Origin: Candidatus Woesearchaeota archaeon
Lineage (GTDB): Archaea; Nanobdellota; Nanobdellia; Woesearchaeales; SKGA01
Direction: 5' to 3'
Length of the DNA: 23,816 bases
NCBI GenBank assembly: GCA_016926395.1
Contig: JAFGOT010000025.1
Span: 1-23,816 of the forward strand
Below the pieces are notes generated by a model, which was not told where the DNA came from, ran no database searches, and saw nothing but the letters and a program-made list of their open reading frames with translations. Each line of letters opens with the position of its first letter. Positions within the stretch are counted from its first letter, which is position 1. This document shows positions 15,567 through 23,816 of the stretch, piece by piece. Position numbers and translations under genes: made by a program.

Positions 15567-17927
15567 TTATCCGACATATGGTTTTATGAAATATTCTTTT
15601 CCTTTTTGATAATCTTCTAATTCTTTATAATTAGCCAGTTCTGGCCAATTGCTTGGAATAGGTTGTTCCAACATATAAATTCTAAGTGGTTGATTATTAT
15701 ATACCTCTGCAGGCGTTATTGTAAAGTTCGTTTTAACTCCACCAACCAACCATGTTGTAAAGTTTTGTTCAGGAAGATTAAAATCGCTTGTATCCATCAG
15801 AATTCCAGTTATTAAACCACCCATTAAGCTTTGCTCTTCGCCCATTGCCGCTTGATAGTCATCGTAATTCATCTCATTTATGGTAAATCCTGTTTTATCA
15901 ATCAAAGAACCATCAAGAGTGTAAGTTCCTGGAACCATTTTCAAAATAAATTCTTGATTAGGTTCTGTATATATTACATGATTTATGTGTTGTTCGTTCA
16001 GTAAAGATATAAGCATGTCTTTTGTTGATTCGTTATAAAAACCATTATTATAGTTTCTTATTATCTCATCAAATTCTTGGCTGTAAATGTTGTAGTAATC
16101 AGTTCCTTCTCCTTCTATTGAGATAAATCCTGGTAGAGGAACAATACTATCATATGGTGATGTCGGTATTCTTTCCACATTTACAAATGCGGTTTGATTT
16201 GCAGAAATATTCTCAGCAGCCCGGACATATAATTCTAAAGCGTTGGTACCCGCATTTTGTATGTCTTTGATTGCCTGATCAGATCTTTTTTGCACTATGA
16301 TCACTTTATCATGTTCAGGCCATAGTTCAACACTAAAATCCATATTAGTTCCGTTTAATTTATTGTTATAAGGAATTGATTCTCCTAAATAACCCACTTT
16401 ATCATATTTAATGAAACCACCTAATTCACAATAAGGCATCGTTGTTGTTAATGAAGCTTCTTCACCATCATAATCGGTTGTTCCAAGAGCATATTCATCT
16501 CCGCAGACATAACTAATCATAACATCAGTTAGTGGTTCTTGCGTCCACTTATCGTAAGTTTTTATAGTAATATTTTGAGGTAGTCGTTGCTCAAAGTCTG
16601 CCAATCCAATTGCTTCTCTTGTTGGTTCTAAATTTATAGTTGTAAAGTTTTGATAAGCAGGAATGTTATTTCTAATATTTACTTCAACTGCAAATTGGAA
16701 ATCATAACCTAAATAGTCGTTAGCATAAGGATCACTAATTTTTATTACAAGAGGATAAGATATGAAATAATTAAATCTATAATCTTGTATTGCTAGTTGA
16801 GTCATTTTCGCAAGTAATGAATTATCAGTATCTAACATATTTCTTGGTTTTATTACAGTAGCACCATCATCTATTTGGAAGAATATCTCATCATAGTTAT
16901 ATTGGTGATGAACTTCGTAAGGATAAACCTCATCACTTATTTTTGGATTAAACGAAGAATATATTCCTCTTGAAACATAATTGTCAGTATTGCTTGTTGC
17001 TCCTGGTTCTTGTATGTAAACAAAGTTGTCAACATTAGGAAAAGTAATCAAATTCATAAAAGGAAGCAAGTCATATTTTAGAGTCTCTTTTACATCAAAG
17101 CTAACCCATGGAATAAAACTTTTGAATTGAAAATCAACTTCAGAAGTTGGAGGTAATAAATCAGAATCTAAACCAGAATAAATATTTACTAAATTCATTG
17201 TTTGTCTTTCATAATAATTTGTTGATCTTTCAAACCGTATAATATCTTGAGCTAAAGCATACATATTTGCCAAGTCAACATCTATTTCTTCTAAGTATAA
17301 ATCATAAGTAACAGTATTATCAGTTGTTAAAGAAGTTATTATTAAAGGATAATTTAACAAGAAATCAGTTCTTCCTTCATTAAAAATAACTTGAACTTTA
17401 GGTTCTCCATTTTTCTTAACATCATAAGCAGATTCTATTGCAGAAAATTCATCAATACAAGAATCAATATTATCAACAACATAATTCTCTAATTGTTCTT
17501 GAATGCTGTTTGGTCCAGTTGGTTGTCCATAACATTCTCCAGGTTTACATAGAGGAGGAATATTTATTTCTTCACAACCATTTGGATTATCACAATCATC
17601 TAAGTATCTCCAATAAGGAATAGTATTTGGCCCATCAAGAAGTGCTTCTCCCCTATAAGGCGGATAAGATATTTCAGGCGGATTTAACATCCCTCCTTGT
17701 TTTCCTATTTTGTCAAGCGCTTCTAAAGCAACATCTTCTAAACAAGATTTAACGATAGTCACGGCAGGTCGTGCTTCAAGTGAAACATCAGGAATATCTA
17801 TTGCAGGTTTATCTTGTGATAATTTATTTAAGATTACAAAATATAATACTGCAGATAACAATAATAAAGCTCCAACTATAGCAAATAAAGTCACCTGCGC
17901 TTTTTTGTTAAATTTTATTTTTTTCAT
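15567..17927 (-). CDS. Large surface protein with class III (pilin-like) signal peptide (786 aa)
   Basis: MKKIKFNKKA/QVTLFAIVGALLLLSAVLYFVIL fits [KR][GA]-cleavage plus hydrophobic helix; followed by VKSCLE...IGKQGG, Cys pairs and at least 8 N-x-S/T sequons. Confidence 0.85.
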   Translation of the reverse strand: MKKIKFNKKAQVTLFAIVGALLLLSAVLYFVILNKLSQDKPAIDIPDVSLEARPAVTIVKSCLEDVALEALDKIGKQGGMLNPPEISYPPYRGEALLDGPNTIPYWRYLDDCDNPNGCEEINIPPLCKPGECYGQPTGPNSIQEQLENYVVDNIDSCIDEFSAIESAYDVKKNGEPKVQVIFNEGRTDFLLNYPLIITSLTTDNTVTYDLYLEEIDVDLANMYALAQDIIRFERSTNYYERQTMNLVNIYSGLDSDLLPPTSEVDFQFKSFIPWVSFDVKETLKYDLLPFMNLITFPNVDNFVYIQEPGATSNTDNYVSRGIYSSFNPKISDEVYPYEVHHQYNYDEIFFQIDDGATVIKPRNMLDTDNSLLAKMTQLAIQDYRFNYFISYPLVIKISDPYANDYLGYDFQFAVEVNIRNNIPAYQNFTTINLEPTREAIGLADFEQRLPQNITIKTYDKWTQEPLTDVMISYVCGDEYALGTTDYDGEEASLTTTMPYCELGGFIKYDKVGYLGESIPYNNKLNGTNMDFSVELWPEHDKVIIVQKRSDQAIKDIQNAGTNALELYVRAAENISANQTAFVNVERIPTSPYDSIVPLPGFISIEGEGTDYYNIYSQEFDEIIRNYNNGFYNESTKDMLISLLNEQHINHVIYTEPNQEFILKMVPGTYTLDGSLIDKTGFTINEMNYDDYQAAMGEEQSLMGGLITGILMDTSDFNLPEQNFTTWLVGGVKTNFTITPAEVYNNQPLRIYMLEQPIPSNWPELANYKELEDYQKGKEYFIKPYVG

Positions 17928-17928
17928 T

Positions 17929-20900
17929 TTAAATCGTGTTCATCGGTGCGTTTCCCGGATTTGTTGTTACCATTTTTTCAACTTGCGTTAAGTAATCTGC
18001 AGGAACAGGCGAACCTGTATCGAAGTCGGAATTTCCATGTTCAGCATTAACTATCGGTCTACAATATTCTGTTTTCTTTCCAATTTCATCTGGTGGGAAA
18101 GGATACTCAAAAATCACACACATTTCATCAAAGTTAGACTCACTTAGGAATGCAAATGTATCTCCCGCTACTCTTGAATAAGGAACTTTAAGCCAAGTCA
18201 CATTAAATAATTTATCCGATAAAGTATTTCCATCTTTAAAGAAAACATTAAAGTTAATGGTTTCATCACCTGTAAATACATCCGGTGCTCTAACATTTCC
18301 TAAATTATAAGTTGCAGTATAAAGATAATGTGACTCATTCATTTTTACTTTTTCTGCTGCTTGTGTTAAAACTGGAACACAAAAACTATTTTCACATTGT
18401 ATTGCTGCTCCTTTTTGAGATTCTTGATCTTTTGGTTTTATGAAATTTGCACTACAAATTTTATTTTTATAATTATCACTATTAAGCCAAGTATCAGACC
18501 AATCACTCACTTTTCCTAAAGTAGTGTCATGACCAAAAGAAGTAAGACTTGCCCAGTTAAGATAACCATTTTGAAGAGCAATAGCAACACCTGTGTCAAC
18601 TAATTGATATATGTTTTTTTTCTTTGCTTCTAATTGTTGTCGTTTAGCTTCTTGTAATGCTTTAACATTAACAGTCTTCCCATCACCATCAACTGTGATT
18701 GAAGCAATATATTCTTTTCCTTGTTCATATGCAACCGCTATATTGTGGAAGTTGTTTGCATGTTCATCTCTACATTTTTGAGTTTTACAATCAGCTATCG
18801 CATCATACTCTTCAATCATTTTTGCATCAAGTTTGTCAAGATATGATTGTTGTTGTGCAAGATAATCTTCACCAACACTTTGATATTTTTCAAGTGCAGC
18901 TTCTTGTTTTAGATATTCAGGATAAGTAACATCTAAACCTTTTTCCAGTTTCATCAGTTCAAATTCTAGTTCTGCCTTTTTCTCAGGGTCATCTTTTGCT
19001 AATTCTATTTCTACCGATAATCTAGAGTGTTCTTTTAGGAAAGCATCATCTTTTATTTTATCAGGGAATCTTTCGTATAAATCATCAAGATACTCAGGCG
19101 TAGAAGCTTTCAGTTCATTTTCATTTAATACATGTATAGAGTTTTTGTTTTCTTCTATAGTTACTTTATTATTTAATTCCTCAAGTGAAGTTTCTGTTTG
19201 TTTTAAGTCCTGAGTGACTTTTTCTAATTCAGTTTTCTTATTTTGATAATCTATTTTTGCTTTATTCAACTCATTACCTAATTTAGTTACTTGAGCATCT
19301 AAACTTTCAATTTCAGGTTTTAATTTGTTTAACTTATTTATATTCTCCATTGATTTTTTGAATTCTTCAGCAAAATTAGCACCAGGATCAACTTCAGTTG
19401 TACTAGAACCCGTGTTACAAATTAGTTTACCATTCTCATCCATGAAAAATTTTCGTTCAGGCAAAGTGTTATCTTGAGTCGCAGTATTTTGAGAAAACTG
19501 AGCACATATCAATGCACTATTATCAGAGGATTTTTGTATTTCTGTTTCTAAAAGCCCCAATTCTTCTCGTTTAGAATTTAAGTCATAACTTTTTGTTGTA
19601 TAATCTTTTTGGATAGATAAATAATTATTATTTAAAGCATCATACTCGCCTTGAAGTTTTTTCTGTAATTCTAATTGTTCAGTTTGAGTTTTAGTAAAAG
19701 ACTTTTGTTGATTTTGCAATTTAATTAATTCATCTTCAGGGTTTCCAGGAATTGTTGGAGTGTTCGTTGAACTAGTACCTGATTTTATATCACCTTCTTT
19801 ATCTGGTTCATCTTTAGATTTTTCATCAGAAGAAGGAAACAACTCAGGATGTAATTTTTGCATAGTGTTATTAATATCTGACATTCGTCTCTCATTTATC
19901 TTATCGATTTCAGGTTGTGTTAAGCCATCAATTTCTTGCGGATTAATATATTGATATCCTTCTGTTGTTTTATCAGAATCAGCATACATCATATCAAGCG
20001 TGCTTGGAGGAATACTTATTCCAAGCCATTGTTGCAGATAACTTGGTCCTTTAACGTCACATTCTTCTGGATAAATAGAACTACAATAAGCTAACTGACA
20101 TGCATCTTCCTCAGTATCATAAGTAAATGTTTTTTTAGATTGTGTTGTTTGACGCGCGAAATTCATTTGATTTGCAAGAACTTCAGGTATGGTGCAAAGT
20201 GTAAGTTTTGTCATATCTTTTGTATCAACTTTATCTTTTGCAAATGAGTCACCAATGTATTCATCAGTTATTGTAGCATATCCTTTACAAAAAGTATTTT
20301 GTGTTAATGATTTTAATGTATTAGGTATTAAATTCTGGATGTAAGAGTTAGTGTTATCCATAACATTTTTGACTTGTCGAATACCACCTATTTCAAATAC
20401 CTCACCAACAACTCGTTCACAAATAAATTGTGCTTTTGCTTGATCACATACAGAAATATCAGTTCCATATGCTGCTTGTGTTTTCATACAAGTTATTGTG
20501 TGACAATTCATCTGTCTATATTGATTTAAGTGATATACAATTGCAGGCAAACATCTTGCAGTTACGGCACTGATTAAACTTTCTTTTACATCTGGAACAT
20601 TTATATCTCCAAAAATTTGTTCAACAGCATCATCTCCCATTCCTGAAAAGAATTGCGTAGATTTTGAATCATCACTAGTTGCGTTAAATAAGTTAAGTGC
20701 TTTTTTACCGCCTGAAATATTAAATCCAGTTTTATCATCTTGTGCATCAATACTACATGTTGCAAGCTCACATGATTGAGTTAATATTTCATTAATGTTA
20801 AGAGAAGTTGGGAAATTTTCTTCTGCGAATGTGCTTCGAGCCGCATCAGTATTAGCTCCACCCCATTTATTTGCATTATCTCTTAAAGTGTTAGCAGGAG

Positions 20901-22734
20901 TTGCTATTGAAGTTCCAACTTGTGAAAGTGCGGGAGCTAAAGCACCCCATTTAGAATCTCCAAACATTGCGCCAAGAAGTTGAGTGTTAGCAAATGAAAA
21001 ACCAAGTCCATTCATGGTTCTTTTTGCATTGCAAATATCTTGAAGAGTTGCATAAATACTATTCATCACACCAACTATATCATTAAATGTTTTTGTGCTT
21101 TCTTGAACTTCTGCTATTTTATCTGCATATTTTTGTCCAGGTGCTTGATCACCAAGACGAGAATTTTTAAATTTTAAAGGCATTGTTAACATAAAGTTTG
21201 TTGGTTCTTTGTATACTTTATCATCATCAATTCTTACAACAGCACTTACATTACAGACAATTTTTAAATCATCATTAATATCATTTGGATCAACCATTAG
21301 TCTAAAGTTTACTTTGTTTTGCTCTCCCATATCTGCTAATGGATTAGCTATCGCAAACTTAACAAAACTTACAGCAGGAGTTTCAAGTAAAACCCCATCA
21401 CCATAAACCTTGCAAGAATATTTATTTATATCACTAATTGTTGAATATAATATTTCTACATTACCAGGCACTGCATGATTTTTTTGAGGAGTGTATTCGA
21501 CAAATAAAGGATAAGCAATATTATTATCATAAGCTAATTGTAATGCAACTCTGTTAAAACCATTAGTTGCAGGACTTGTTGCAGTTATATCTCTTAAGAA
21601 TTTTGGCGTTCCCTCTCCATCTTCTGGCTGAACTAATTCATCAACTCTAAATTCAAAATTGTGTGTTGATTCTCGCCCAACACCATCAGTAAATGTAAAA
21701 GGAATATTAAATTCTCCTCCTTTAATGTTTGCAACTGTAAATTTACAAGTATAAGATAGACCGCCTGGATTAACATCACAATCAACCGATTGATATGTAC
21801 CACCTAATTTAGTTAAGTTAGAAGTAGCAGTAACGCCTGACGCATCTTCACTAACAACAGCAGTTATTACAACAGTGTCGCCTGATTTTGGTCTATCAAA
21901 TAAAACACCACCACTATGACTTATGTTAAATCGCACAGAAACGTCTTCGCCTTCAATAACTCGTTGTCCCGGAGCATATTCATCACAAATAAAAGTTTTT
22001 GTCAAAGCACCTTCGATTGGATTCCCCGCATCATCACTACTTGGAACTCCTTGTGCAGTCACAATTTTTGCTTGGATTCTATCTCCACCACTGCAACTAG
22101 TTTCAGTAAATAGACCTTCGCAGTTTGATCCATCACAACTAGTTACCCTATATGAATTACTATTTCCAACTACAAAGAATATTTTTTCTTGATAAAATGT
22201 TGCAGTTGAATCAGTTAAAGAGATTAGAATTTTTGTTGGTTTAGTATTTGGTAAAAAACAGGTTTCGCCATCACAGTATTCTGTTTTAAACGATTTTAAT
22301 TGTGGATTTGTTTTATCAATAGAAAATGTTTTTTCTTGAATTATATTTACAGGATCATTATCAGTTAATACAGTGAAGTTTATTGAAACATCTTCTGTTT
22401 GGGGGATATAAACTACTTTGTTTGCTCTGCAATTATAATATGATTGGTTTGCCACAGGTTTTGTTGTGCAAACAAATACTTTATTTTGATAGGATAAGAA
22501 TTTAGTCGGGTTTGGATTAACTTGAGTTAAGTCTCCTTTCAAACCAACAAAAGATTCATTAGTGCTAATATTAACAACAATATCCACTACTTGTGCATGT
22601 TGGGGCAGAATATGAGTTACAGGATTATCACCCACCATAAACTCCATCGATTCGATTGTATAATCTGCCAGAACAAAACCAGAGAGAACAATCAAGAAAA
22701 TCGTTAAAATTACTGATAGGAATAACTTATTCAC
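17929..22734 (-). CDS. Giant secreted/surface protein (~1600 aa): beta-rich N-terminal modules, Cys-rich core, long coiled coils
   Basis: Probable start GTG 22734 after SD-like GGGTGTGA gives the signal peptide MNKLFLSVILTIFLIVLSGFVLA/DY (ORF track start 22797). At least 11 N-x-S/T sequons; stop lies 1 nt before the next ATG, implying an operon. Confidence 0.85.
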   Translation of the reverse strand: MNKLFLSVILTIFLIVLSGFVLADYTIESMEFMVGDNPVTHILPQHAQVVDIVVNISTNESFVGLKGDLTQVNPNPTKFLSYQNKVFVCTTKPVANQSYYNCRANKVVYIPQTEDVSINFTVLTDNDPVNIIQEKTFSIDKTNPQLKSFKTEYCDGETCFLPNTKPTKILISLTDSTATFYQEKIFFVVGNSNSYRVTSCDGSNCEGLFTETSCSGGDRIQAKIVTAQGVPSSDDAGNPIEGALTKTFICDEYAPGQRVIEGEDVSVRFNISHSGGVLFDRPKSGDTVVITAVVSEDASGVTATSNLTKLGGTYQSVDCDVNPGGLSYTCKFTVANIKGGEFNIPFTFTDGVGRESTHNFEFRVDELVQPEDGEGTPKFLRDITATSPATNGFNRVALQLAYDNNIAYPLFVEYTPQKNHAVPGNVEILYSTISDINKYSCKVYGDGVLLETPAVSFVKFAIANPLADMGEQNKVNFRLMVDPNDINDDLKIVCNVSAVVRIDDDKVYKEPTNFMLTMPLKFKNSRLGDQAPGQKYADKIAEVQESTKTFNDIVGVMNSIYATLQDICNAKRTMNGLGFSFANTQLLGAMFGDSKWGALAPALSQVGTSIATPANTLRDNANKWGGANTDAARSTFAEENFPTSLNINEILTQSCELATCSIDAQDDKTGFNISGGKKALNLFNATSDDSKSTQFFSGMGDDAVEQIFGDINVPDVKESLISAVTARCLPAIVYHLNQYRQMNCHTITCMKTQAAYGTDISVCDQAKAQFICERVVGEVFEIGGIRQVKNVMDNTNSYIQNLIPNTLKSLTQNTFCKGYATITDEYIGDSFAKDKVDTKDMTKLTLCTIPEVLANQMNFARQTTQSKKTFTYDTEEDACQLAYCSSIYPEECDVKGPSYLQQWLGISIPPSTLDMMYADSDKTTEGYQYINPQEIDGLTQPEIDKINERRMSDINNTMQKLHPELFPSSDEKSKDEPDKEGDIKSGTSSTNTPTIPGNPEDELIKLQNQQKSFTKTQTEQLELQKKLQGEYDALNNNYLSIQKDYTTKSYDLNSKREELGLLETEIQKSSDNSALICAQFSQNTATQDNTLPERKFFMDENGKLICNTGSSTTEVDPGANFAEEFKKSMENINKLNKLKPEIESLDAQVTKLGNELNKAKIDYQNKKTELEKVTQDLKQTETSLEELNNKVTIEENKNSIHVLNENELKASTPEYLDDLYERFPDKIKDDAFLKEHSRLSVEIELAKDDPEKKAELEFELMKLEKGLDVTYPEYLKQEAALEKYQSVGEDYLAQQQSYLDKLDAKMIEEYDAIADCKTQKCRDEHANNFHNIAVAYEQGKEYIASITVDGDGKTVNVKALQEAKRQQLEAKKKNIYQLVDTGVAIALQNGYLNWASLTSFGHDTTLGKVSDWSDTWLNSDNYKNKICSANFIKPKDQESQKGAAIQCENSFCVPVLTQAAEKVKMNESHYLYTATYNLGNVRAPDVFTGDETINFNVFFKDGNTLSDKLFNVTWLKVPYSRVAGDTFAFLSESNFDEMCVIFEYPFPPDEIGKKTEYCRPIVNAEHGNSDFDTGSPVPADYLTQVEKMVTTNPGNAPMNTI

Positions 22735-22886
22735 TTCTTCACACCCAAAATTCCTCTTTTTATATAAAGAGATAATAGAAATTGTAAAGAAGTTCATTTA
22801 TAAATATTTCTTTTTAAAAGAAGAAGCCCAGACAGAAGAAATACGTCCAAAACAAAAGAAAAAAAGAAAATAAAGGAAAAAAAGAT

Positions 22887-23384
22887 TTATTGTTTTCCTG
22901 ATTTCACATCAAGAACATCAGTGATTACACCATCATGAAATCGTTTTCTTGAAGGAGTTGTTGCATTAACTAAGTCTTCACCAAGATAATACTCAGTCAA
23001 CTCATAATCAGACCATTCACGTGAAAAAGGTTTATGAACAGCAACATCCAATTTCAGAGTATCACCTTCATTCCAAGATAAGTCACCCATATAAAGCAAA
23101 CTATAATGTTCACCCGTACTTGGTTGATAGACTTTTAATACATCTAAATGTCGAGTTGACTTTTCCCATCGTCCGTAAGGACCATAAGTTACTTTCTCAT
23201 CAACACCTAAAGATTCGGATTGTTCATCCTCAACAACAACATTTATTTCATATTTTTGAATCTTAGGACCATAAGTCTGAGCATCTGCTCCTTGATAAGC
23301 TCCAAACGTTAGCGCTAAAGGTAGCATTACCTTTGCGGCAGGTTTAGCAACTTTTGAGATAATTTTTTCGAGAGTTTTATTCAT
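22887..23384 (-). CDS. Secreted hypothetical protein (165 aa)
   Basis: SD GAGGTG precedes ATG 23384 (MNKTLEK...), a better start than 23402; signal-like segment VMLPLALTFGAYQGADA/Q. Confidence 0.7.
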   Translation of the reverse strand: MNKTLEKIISKVAKPAAKVMLPLALTFGAYQGADAQTYGPKIQKYEINVVVEDEQSESLGVDEKVTYGPYGRWEKSTRHLDVLKVYQPSTGEHYSLLYMGDLSWNEGDTLKLDVAVHKPFSREWSDYELTEYYLGEDLVNATTPSRKRFHDGVITDVLDVKSGKQ

Positions 23385-23420
23385 TTTTGCACCTCTATAC
23401 ATATAAGGGGGGTTTTAAAG

Positions 23421-23428
23421 TATATAAA
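23421..23428. promoter_or_regulatory. TATA box, possibly bidirectional
   Basis: TATATAAA on + and TTTATATA on -, between the divergent ORFs at 23384 (-) and 23635 (+). Confidence 0.45.
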
Positions 23429-23450
23429 TGTTTCGTTACTAAGCAGTAGC

Positions 23451-23634
23451 AATAACGCTTTTTCTGAAATCCGTTATTCAGTCACTCGACAGTGTAAAAC
23501 CTGAAAACCTCGAATTTGAGGGTTTTAGGCTCTGTACTGCCAGAACTGCCAAGAGGCCAGAAAGACCGACTTTGCATTGGAGGTTGCCTGCCAAGGGGCG
23601 GAATGAGACCGAAAAAAACAAGGAGGTAAGAACC
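23451..23634 (+). ncRNA. Candidate structured 5' leader or ncRNA (unidentified)
   Basis: GC-rich non-coding stretch with hairpins at 23451-23478 and 23500-23529; no family match recognised. Confidence 0.3.
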
Positions 23635-23816
23635 ATGAAAGACATGGAAACGGTCGAAAAATACCGCCAAGGCGAAGCTGATAAGTGGGCAAAGAAAGAC
23701 CAAGACATACGCCTTCAGGTCTGTTTTAAGAAGGCAATAGATGTCGAGATACACCTCATAAAAGGTGCACAGGCACTATCGGAAGCCGAGATAACGGCAA
23801 GAATTCTGCAACGAAC
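23635..23816 (+). CDS. Hypothetical protein, 3'-truncated by the window edge
   Basis: Not in the ORF track. SD AGGAGGT at 23621-23627, ATG at 23635, open for 60 codons: MKDMETVEKYRQGEADKWAKKDQDIRLQVCFKKAIDVEIHLIKGAQALSEAEITARILQR. Confidence 0.7.
   Translation, partial: MKDMETVEKYRQGEADKWAKKDQDIRLQVCFKKAIDVEIHLIKGAQALSEAEITARILQR

Noticed and set aside
22798-22886. A-rich intergenic tract as a possible repeat or ncRNA
   Set aside because: Low complexity; reads as oligo-T on the minus strand, consistent with an ordinary archaeal terminator and promoter region.
8033-23266. Short track ORFs nested antisense to long genes (8033, 8370, 9303, 13056, 13563, 14658, 15398, 17438, 17710, 18699, 19760, 20795, 21209, 21916, 21923, 23021)
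   Set aside because: All lie wholly or largely opposite better-supported CDSs and lack recognisable motifs; treated as shadows.
23490-23570. Cobalamin riboswitch (GGCCAGAAAGACC resembles AGYCAGRAGACC)
   Set aside because: No B12 box (GCCACUG...GGGAAG) or GGGAA...GGUG-AA-UCC core; the similarity is one short motif.
23478-23754. Two overlapping minus-strand ORFs (76 and 90 aa)
   Set aside because: No SD or promoter support, atypical composition, and they overlap the + strand ORF with a perfect SD.

Overview
AT-rich (~30-33% GC by spot counts), densely coding window from an archaeon, most likely DPANN (Woesearchaeota/Nanobdellota-like). The assignment is inferred from a NOG1 GTPase, TATA boxes ~23-26 nt before several ATGs, GGTG(A)-type Shine-Dalgarno sites and a class III (pilin-like) signal peptide. 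Contents in order: a YigZ/IMPACT gene end missed by the ORF track, two tiny membrane proteins, a Pol-beta-type nucleotidyltransferase, a sensorless orphan histidine kinase, MetRS, a PlsB/GPAT-like acyltransferase, NOG1, a SAM methyltransferase, a Na,K-ATPase-like (P2C) pump, a CBS protein with a CTP-dependent polyprenol/phytol-type kinase, an orphan ORF, a 2 x 37-bp direct repeat fused to a 13-bp GAA-loop hairpin, a 658-aa NTase-HEPN fusion with a histone-H1-like tail, a two-gene operon of very large surface proteins, and a secreted protein. The last ~340 bp jump to ~47% GC and hold a long structured leader plus an unannotated ORF running off the window. I found no tRNA, rRNA, cas, transposase, integrase or reverse transcriptase genes. 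All family assignments come from motif recognition by eye; no searches were run.
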